DNA of 64,000 nucleotides from Myxococcota bacterium (GTDB lineage Bacteria; Myxococcota_A; Polyangia; Polyangiales; Houyiibacteriaceae): NCBI GenBank assembly GCA_020629955.1, contig JAHDCI010000002.1, positions 2,692 to 66,691 of the forward strand, read 5' to 3'. Shown piece by piece: positions 58,388 to 64,000 of this stretch (position 1 is its first letter; each line of letters starts with the position of its first letter). The notes under the pieces were generated by a model. It saw only the letters and a program-made list of their open reading frames with translations, ran no database searches and was not told where the DNA came from. The position numbers and the translations under genes were made by a program.

Positions 58388-61300
58388 GTGTCCGAACGAC
58401 GTTACCTCGACGCTCTCCTTCGCCTTCCAGAGATCGGCGATCCGGCTGAGCGCAACGCGACCTGGCGTCAGAGTCTAGCGACCCTGGCAGGCGCTGTGGC
58501 GGATCATCAGCGCTCGCTGCCCCTCGAAGGCCTCGATCCCGATATTCTCGAGAGAGCCATGCTGGTCGCCATCGAGGACGGTCTTGTCGATGATGTTGCG
58601 TGGCTCTCGGGACCGGCAGCGGCGGCGGCTCTTTATGAACTCGCAGCGGCCATCCCGACGGGCGAAGCCAAGCGTCAGCTGGGCCGGCGCCTCCTCGAAT
58701 ATCTTCGTCGCGGAGATGCGGCGACTTTCGTTTCATTGGCGACACAGCTCGCCAGCGGCTCGCGAAGAGCCCTGCATGGCCCAAGTGTACGAGCACGCGT
58801 GGCGCTGGCGCTCGATCTTCCAATCGGCCTCGGTGCGCGCGTCGACGGTCTCGCCCTCGCGTTAATCTCGCGCCGGGAGACTTCGCGTGATTGGCTCACC
58901 CGGCCCTCCACCGGCTCCCTGCCGAGTCGCCGACTGGCAGCGAGATTGCTTGAACGAGCGGCGCGGGAAGCCGCCCATCGAGCGCTTGAAGGAGATGATA
59001 GCGGGGTGCGCGTCTTTGAGACGCCAGAGGTTCAGGACGCCTGGACGCGCCTGCTCGCCGAACGTGAATCCCTCGTCTGGCGGCATGTCGCTTCGGCCCG
59101 CGGTCTTCTTAGCTCAGCTCGACCAAAGCTCCGCGATGAAATCCAAGAACACCTTGAGACCAAACTCGGAGTAACTCAGTGGCGCCGGGCAGCCGCTTCC
59201 CTTGCGGCAAGCATTGCGCATGATCCGAAAGCGGAGAAGGCGTGCTACCGGCTGCTCGGCTCGGAGATTTTTAAGCAAGATGCCGGTATCGCGACGGCGA
59301 TGATCTTTGGGCTTCCCCGCGCGGCCGAGCGCGAACCAGCGGTGGTCGAAAAGCTTCTCGAGCAGCTCGTCCGCGTCGGCGGGATCTCTGCGGCAGAAGC
59401 TCTCGTCGATCTTCGCCGGGAACGGATCGCGCCTTCATTCGGTGAATGGGCCGCGGAGCGGGCGCGCGCTCAGCTCCGGGAGACCCTCTCGGAGGTTCGC
59501 AACAAAGACGACGGGGAGGCGGCGCTCGCCCAAGCGTTGATCGACGAACTCGATGTCGAAGCGGAGCACGATTCCCTCCGCGATATGGTCGCGAAGGCCC
59601 TCGACGCATTCGTGCGGGATGGCGCCAAGGGCGCGCAAGCCGCCGCCGACTTGGCTCTCCGAGCCGCAGAACAGCGCGTGGCGTTCCTCGAGCAATGCGT
59701 TGCGGACGCCGAGGGAACGGAGCGCCGGATGAGCTTTCGCGCGCTACGTGAGCTCGACCTCGCAATCCTTGAATCAGATTCTCTGGCGAACTTGCTTGCG
59801 CTTCGAGCGAAAGGAGAGGAGCTCGGTTCCAGCGTACAGCCGCTCGGCGATCTCTTTCAGCGACTCGCCAACTGGTTGATCATCCGAGAAGGTGACCCAG
59901 TCGATCGAACACCCGAGCATTTCACGCTGCGTATGCGCCGCCTTCGAGCGCTCCTTCACCTCGTCGACGCGGACGGAACTCGAGTCGATGGACGCGAGGA
60001 GCTTCGAAAGCGCAGGCGCCTTGTTGCGGCGCGTGTACTTCTCAACCGAATGCGTCATGACGGCAACAACCGACAGCGTCGCGCGATGATCGCCGCCACG
60101 GCGCGAACTTGCGACGCGCTCATCCGCGAAGAGACGTGCGAGGTCAGCGATATTTTCTTGTTGGCGAGCACCCACGCAAAGAGCAAAGCGGACATCGTCG
60201 CCATGGCAGAAGCGGCGATGGTTCCTGAACTGGTCACTGCGCTGACGGCGTACGCAAAGCTTCAAGAGCGGATGGAGAAGGCGCCGCGAGCGCGGCAGAG
60301 CGTGCGCGCACTCATGGAATGCGCCAACGCGCTGCCCGCCGCGTCCTCATCTCGGGTAGAGGCGCTAAGAAGAGCCCTGCTCGATCTCGCCCGCTCCCTC
60401 GAGCCGCTCGCACTCTCCCAAAGTCAGCTCGAAATCGCAGAACGCTCTGCGGGTGAGAGCCCCCTCGCCATGGTCGAGGCGGCGATCGAGCAGTTCTCCC
60501 GGCTCGTTGTCGGCGCCTACCGCCGCGCGGGCGTTTCGTATCCGGAAGATCGCTCTGCGACCTCCGCGATTCGTCTTCTCGATATTCATCTTGAGCGCAC
60601 GATTCGAGGAAAGAGCGTCGACCTCAGCGAGACCTTCAGCACCCTTCGCGAGACCCTGAAGGAAGAGGTTCCCCCAGCCATCCTGGACTCGATCACCTGC
60701 GTGCTCGCGCGCGTACCAAAGCTCCCGGTCGACGCGCCTCGCAATGACTCCGTGATTCTGCTTACCAGCCCCAAAGAAGCCCCTCTCCCTGGATGGGTGC
60801 CGAGCAATCGTGTGCTTGGGGGCTTCTATGTAAAGCGTTCGATTGGAACGGGTGCGGTCGGCTCAGTCTTCGTCGCGGCTCGCTCCGAAGAGCGAAAAGA
60901 TCCGAAGGCAGAGCAGTTTGCGCTGAAGACTCCGGAGTTCAGCGGTGGTGCCGCGCGAACGTTGACGGAGGAAGAGTTCCTTCAGATGTTCCGAGAGGAG
61001 GCGGGCGCATTGCTTTCGCTCCCTCAGCACAAAAATATTGCGCGCTTCGTCACCTTCGACGCGGGTGCACGCCCGAAACCGATTTTGGTCATGGAGCTCG
61101 TGGAGGGACCGAACCTCGAACGCCTCATGGAGATGAAAGATCTCGATATGACGCGCGCCGTCGAGCTCCTCGTCGGTCTCGCGGACGGTCTCGATGTGAT
61201 GCACTCGAAGGGTATCGCGCATCTCGATATCAAACCTTCAAACGTCATCGTGCGCGAGGGTGATGTGCCCGTGCTGGTGGACTTCGGTCTCGCCGGTCGC

Positions 61301-61684
61301 ACGTTGCGTCCGGGTTGCGGAACCGCGAGTTACGGAGCTCCGGAGGTCTGGGGCCACTCGGAGGTGGACGATCCCGAAGCGACGGCAGCGGATGTCTACG
61401 CGTTCGGATGCCTCGCCTTCGAGCTGTTGACCGGAAAACCTCTTTTTGAGGGCCCGCACGATCTCGCAACGATCACGCAGCATCTCCAACACGACGGAAT
61501 GCCCAAGCCCGTCGGCCAAATGAGCACCGACCCTCGAACGGCTGGCATCGCGGAAATCATTCGGCGCAGCATCCGGAGAAATCCGGCCGAGCGCGTGAAA
61601 ATGCGCGACATTCGCGTCGCCCTCGAGCGCCTCCGTCCCACCCTGACAGCGCTAAGCTGGCCGATTCAGGGAACTGCGCGCTAG
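58388..61684 (+). CDS. Ser/Thr protein kinase with ~800-aa all-helical N-terminal region
   Basis: IGTGAVGSVF, FALK, HLDIKPSN, DFG, GTASYGAPE, ADVYAFG; no TM. Confidence 0.92.
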   Translation: MSERRYLDALLRLPEIGDPAERNATWRQSLATLAGAVADHQRSLPLEGLDPDILERAMLVAIEDGLVDDVAWLSGPAAAAALYELAAAIPTGEAKRQLGRRLLEYLRRGDAATFVSLATQLASGSRRALHGPSVRARVALALDLPIGLGARVDGLALALISRRETSRDWLTRPSTGSLPSRRLAARLLERAAREAAHRALEGDDSGVRVFETPEVQDAWTRLLAERESLVWRHVASARGLLSSARPKLRDEIQEHLETKLGVTQWRRAAASLAASIAHDPKAEKACYRLLGSEIFKQDAGIATAMIFGLPRAAEREPAVVEKLLEQLVRVGGISAAEALVDLRRERIAPSFGEWAAERARAQLRETLSEVRNKDDGEAALAQALIDELDVEAEHDSLRDMVAKALDAFVRDGAKGAQAAADLALRAAEQRVAFLEQCVADAEGTERRMSFRALRELDLAILESDSLANLLALRAKGEELGSSVQPLGDLFQRLANWLIIREGDPVDRTPEHFTLRMRRLRALLHLVDADGTRVDGREELRKRRRLVAARVLLNRMRHDGNNRQRRAMIAATARTCDALIREETCEVSDIFLLASTHAKSKADIVAMAEAAMVPELVTALTAYAKLQERMEKAPRARQSVRALMECANALPAASSSRVEALRRALLDLARSLEPLALSQSQLEIAERSAGESPLAMVEAAIEQFSRLVVGAYRRAGVSYPEDRSATSAIRLLDIHLERTIRGKSVDLSETFSTLRETLKEEVPPAILDSITCVLARVPKLPVDAPRNDSVILLTSPKEAPLPGWVPSNRVLGGFYVKRSIGTGAVGSVFVAARSEERKDPKAEQFALKTPEFSGGAARTLTEEEFLQMFREEAGALLSLPQHKNIARFVTFDAGARPKPILVMELVEGPNLERLMEMKDLDMTRAVELLVGLADGLDVMHSKGIAHLDIKPSNVIVREGDVPVLVDFGLAGRTLRPGCGTASYGAPEVWGHSEVDDPEATAADVYAFGCLAFELLTGKPLFEGPHDLATITQHLQHDGMPKPVGQMSTDPRTAGIAEIIRRSIRRNPAERVKMRDIRVALERLRPTLTALSWPIQGTAR

Positions 61685-61796
61685 CTCGCCGCGGCTTCCT
61701 GCTGAGACGGAATCTCGACCGCCAACGAGGACGTGTCTCGGCTAGAAGCCTATCAACGCTTCGGCCCCTCTGTGATCTCAATCACATAATGAACTT

Positions 61797-61815
61797 GAAA
61801 ATCAAAATCATTATC
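61797..61815. promoter_or_regulatory. Fur box
   Basis: GAAAATCAAAATCATTATC matches GATAATGATAATCATTATC at 16/19, flanked by TT/AA, ~100 bp upstream of ATG 61919. Confidence 0.8.
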
Positions 61816-61918
61816 AACAAAGTACATCGGTCCTTGGAAGCGACGCGTGTTCGCTTTGGCCGATTCGCGACTCTCTCGGCCATGCCGCTTTCAAGGGCAA
61901 CCTATCTACGGAGCCACT

Positions 61919-62158
61919 ATGCAGACGACGATCAAGAGCCCACATCAACACTCCCAGCGCCTCATTGCCCGAGGTGATTTCGCGTCCGTTCATCGATGCG
62001 AGTGCGGAGGAATACAGCTCACTATTGGCGCCCTTACGCTCCGCCTCACCACAGCTGCTCTTCTGAGTCTTACGGCCACCCTCGAGGAAGCCGCAGGCAA
62101 CTGTGAGCAAGCCGGTCCAGCGCGAGCACTTACCTCGTTTCAGCGGGGAGATGCCTAG
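61919..62158 (+). CDS. Small His/Cys protein, probably iron-regulated
   Basis: GGAG RBS; 79 aa with HQH and HRCECG motifs; downstream of the Fur box. Confidence 0.7.
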   Translation: MQTTIKSPHQHSQRLIARGDFASVHRCECGGIQLTIGALTLRLTTAALLSLTATLEEAAGNCEQAGPARALTSFQRGDA

Positions 62159-62320
62159 CGGATTGTTGATTTACACCGAATCCCGCTTCGCCGCATTTTC
62201 ACCCACTCAAACGCCATCCAATTCTCGCCACGTATGTACAGTACTTGCCATCAAATCGGACGCATCTGCGCACTCAACACTCCCACGTTTCAGAATGGGA
62301 GCGAATCAACGAGCAGCGGA
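62155..62320 (+). mobile_element. Family-1 MITE-like element
   Basis: Shares CACTCAAACGCCATCCAATTCTCGCCACGTATGTACA and AATCGGACGCATCTGCGCAC with 56813-56979; begins at CTAG; near-identical length; right end degenerate. Confidence 0.8.
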
Positions 62321-62732
62321 AAGGCGGCGCAAAGCGGTGTTTGAACAAGCACTGCGAATGGTGATCGTCGCGACGTTTGGGCAGGACGAACTCCGCATCT
62401 TGCTGGGAGAAGAGCGCGACTGCGCGCAATGGCCAGCCTCGATGGCATGCGCCTTGGCAAATGCCATGATGGAAAGCGAATCAACCTGGGAGCGTATTGC
62501 GCCTCTGCTCGACCGGCACCTGAAGCCAACGCACGAGAGTGCCGAAGAGGATATTGAGTCCCTCTGCGACTGGCTCGAGCACTATCGCGATGCCCGAGAA
62601 CATGGTCTTGGTGGAGCAACGGAGCTGTGGTCGCTCCTCCGCCGGAAAGAACCAGCGCTCGCGATTCCGATCGGTCGTCTCGCAGAAGAAACCTGGGTAC
62701 GGTGGACGTATCTCGCCAAACAAGCTTCGTAG
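62295..62732 (+). CDS. Hypothetical helical protein
   Basis: 145-aa 3' part of track ORF 62103..62732; start lies inside the repeat end and is uncertain. Confidence 0.6.
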   Translation: MGANQRAAERRRKAVFEQALRMVIVATFGQDELRILLGEERDCAQWPASMACALANAMMESESTWERIAPLLDRHLKPTHESAEEDIESLCDWLEHYRDAREHGLGGATELWSLLRRKEPALAIPIGRLAEETWVRWTYLAKQAS

Positions 62733-62735
62733 CGC

Positions 62736-63998
62736 TTACGCGTCTGAAGTGATTCCCGGAGCCCGGCGACGTCCTTTTCGTCGCCTCCACAACGCTGCCC
62801 CAATCAGAAGGAAGGTCGTGCCCTCACCGCTGGGAAGTGACCGAAGAGCGGAACACCCAGGGGGAAGCTCCGCTTCACTTCGAGGCTCTTCCTCCTCGTT
62901 CTCTTCGGCCTCGAGATAGTCCAAGGTTCCATTCTGGTCCGCATCGCCACTCGCATCGGGCCGGGTATCCTCCTGCTCGTCCAGGAGTCCGTCGCCGTCT
63001 GAATCCGAGTCGAGGTAGTTTGGCATTCCATCGCTGTCGAGATCGATCGGATTCGGATTTGCGCCGCGATAGTTCAACGCGTCGGTCACCTCTTGCATCG
63101 TGAAGATGCCATCCCCATCGTCGTCGGGGTCGAGCAGGTCCGGGCTCCCGTCCAGATCGGTATCCGGCAGCAAAGGCGTCTCGCCGATCACCACTCCGCA
63201 ACCCGCCGAGCAATCCGGATCAAATCGATCGTCGAGGCCATCTCCATCCGTGTCGACACCGCTCGGTTCCCGATTCGCCACACCATCTCGGTCGGTATCA
63301 TTCGCCTCGACGAGGTCAAAGTGTCCGTCTCCATCGCTGTCGACATCGAGATGATTCGGTACGCCATCGCCGTCGAGATCCTCGCATTCGTCGACATGGG
63401 TGCACTCGAGAAGGTTGGCAACGCCATCCCCGTCCATGTCCGTATCAAGCTCGTTCGGCACGCCATCGCGATCGTGGTCTCCACCCGGCTGAGCTCCGGG
63501 AGCCCCCGGCGGCCGACTCGGTGGCTCGGTGCTGGGCGGCGGCATATCGCAACGATGAAAACCGGCGTTCCACTCCCACAAGGCTCGGTACTTCGGAGCA
63601 TCGTTATCGTTATAGAACTCTTTCGCGCCCCAGCTGCCCCACTGCGTATATCGATCCACAAAGTTGAAATGATTGATGTGGTCGAAGCCGTGTTCGCAAA
63701 GCAGCGTTAGGTACAAGAGATAGATCTCGTACATTCCCTCACTGCGATTCGCTTCTTGGAGGGTCTCCACCAAACGTACACGGTTGGCGTTCTCGCTCGG
63801 CGTCCCACTCTGGAGTTGAATGGCGCGCCCCACGACCCGGAGACTCTGTCCCGCTTCATACGCCACAAGCTCCACGTCTTCGGCTTCGGCCGTGGCGGAG
63901 TTTGCGGCAAGTGCGCTCGGAATGGAACGAATCCCCCGGCGACTCGTCTCCTCAAGGCCAACACTTTCCCGCGCATCCTGAAGGACTTCTTCTACGGA
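62736..63998 (-). CDS. Surface protein (5' partial): glycoside-hydrolase-like domain, DxDxDG Ca-binding repeats, MYXO-CTERM-like tail
   Basis: Frame open to the window edge; LVAYEAGQ...WGSWG...APKYRAL; many D.D.DG repeats; tail GCS...FLLIGAALWRRRK. Confidence 0.8.
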   Translation of the reverse strand, partial: SVEEVLQDARESVGLEETSRRGIRSIPSALAANSATAEAEDVELVAYEAGQSLRVVGRAIQLQSGTPSENANRVRLVETLQEANRSEGMYEIYLLYLTLLCEHGFDHINHFNFVDRYTQWGSWGAKEFYNDNDAPKYRALWEWNAGFHRCDMPPPSTEPPSRPPGAPGAQPGGDHDRDGVPNELDTDMDGDGVANLLECTHVDECEDLDGDGVPNHLDVDSDGDGHFDLVEANDTDRDGVANREPSGVDTDGDGLDDRFDPDCSAGCGVVIGETPLLPDTDLDGSPDLLDPDDDGDGIFTMQEVTDALNYRGANPNPIDLDSDGMPNYLDSDSDGDGLLDEQEDTRPDASGDADQNGTLDYLEAEENEEEEPRSEAELPPGCSALRSLPSGEGTTFLLIGAALWRRRKGRRRAPGITSDA

Positions 63999-64000
63999 AA

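Overview
High-GC bacterial chromosomal window, most likely Myxococcota (Polyangia/Sandaracinaceae-like). The inference rests on an FHA-sigma54 activator, two Hanks-type Ser/Thr kinases, an MglA-family GTPase, a GKAD-type lipoprotein and a MYXO-CTERM-like sorting signal. It holds about 40 genes. The main item is an ~18 kb locus (16783-34595) built on poly-gamma-glutamate (PGA) genes but organised like a diderm synthase-dependent secretion system. It comprises a CapA lipoprotein, a tandem-CapC membrane protein, a large periplasmic protein, a PghP-like hydrolase lipoprotein, a TPR-like/beta-barrel outer-membrane protein, a 58-aa coupled ORF and a HEAT-repeat-fused CapB; capC through capB are chained by overlapping stop/start codons. 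Second is a 2464-aa lipoprotein-type RHS protein with dockerin-like and Cys-rich inserts, a low-GC His/Cys peptidase-like tip and no clear immunity gene. Two families of CTAG-bounded, inverted-repeat (MITE-like) elements are dispersed in intergenic regions, and one family flanks the RHS gene. Also present are a strong Fur box, a sigma54 promoter with phased upstream repeats, an ECF-sigma/kinase fusion and a PurE with a histone-like tail. No rRNA, tRNA, CRISPR array, transposase or integrase was seen. All calls come from reading motifs by eye; no database search was run.
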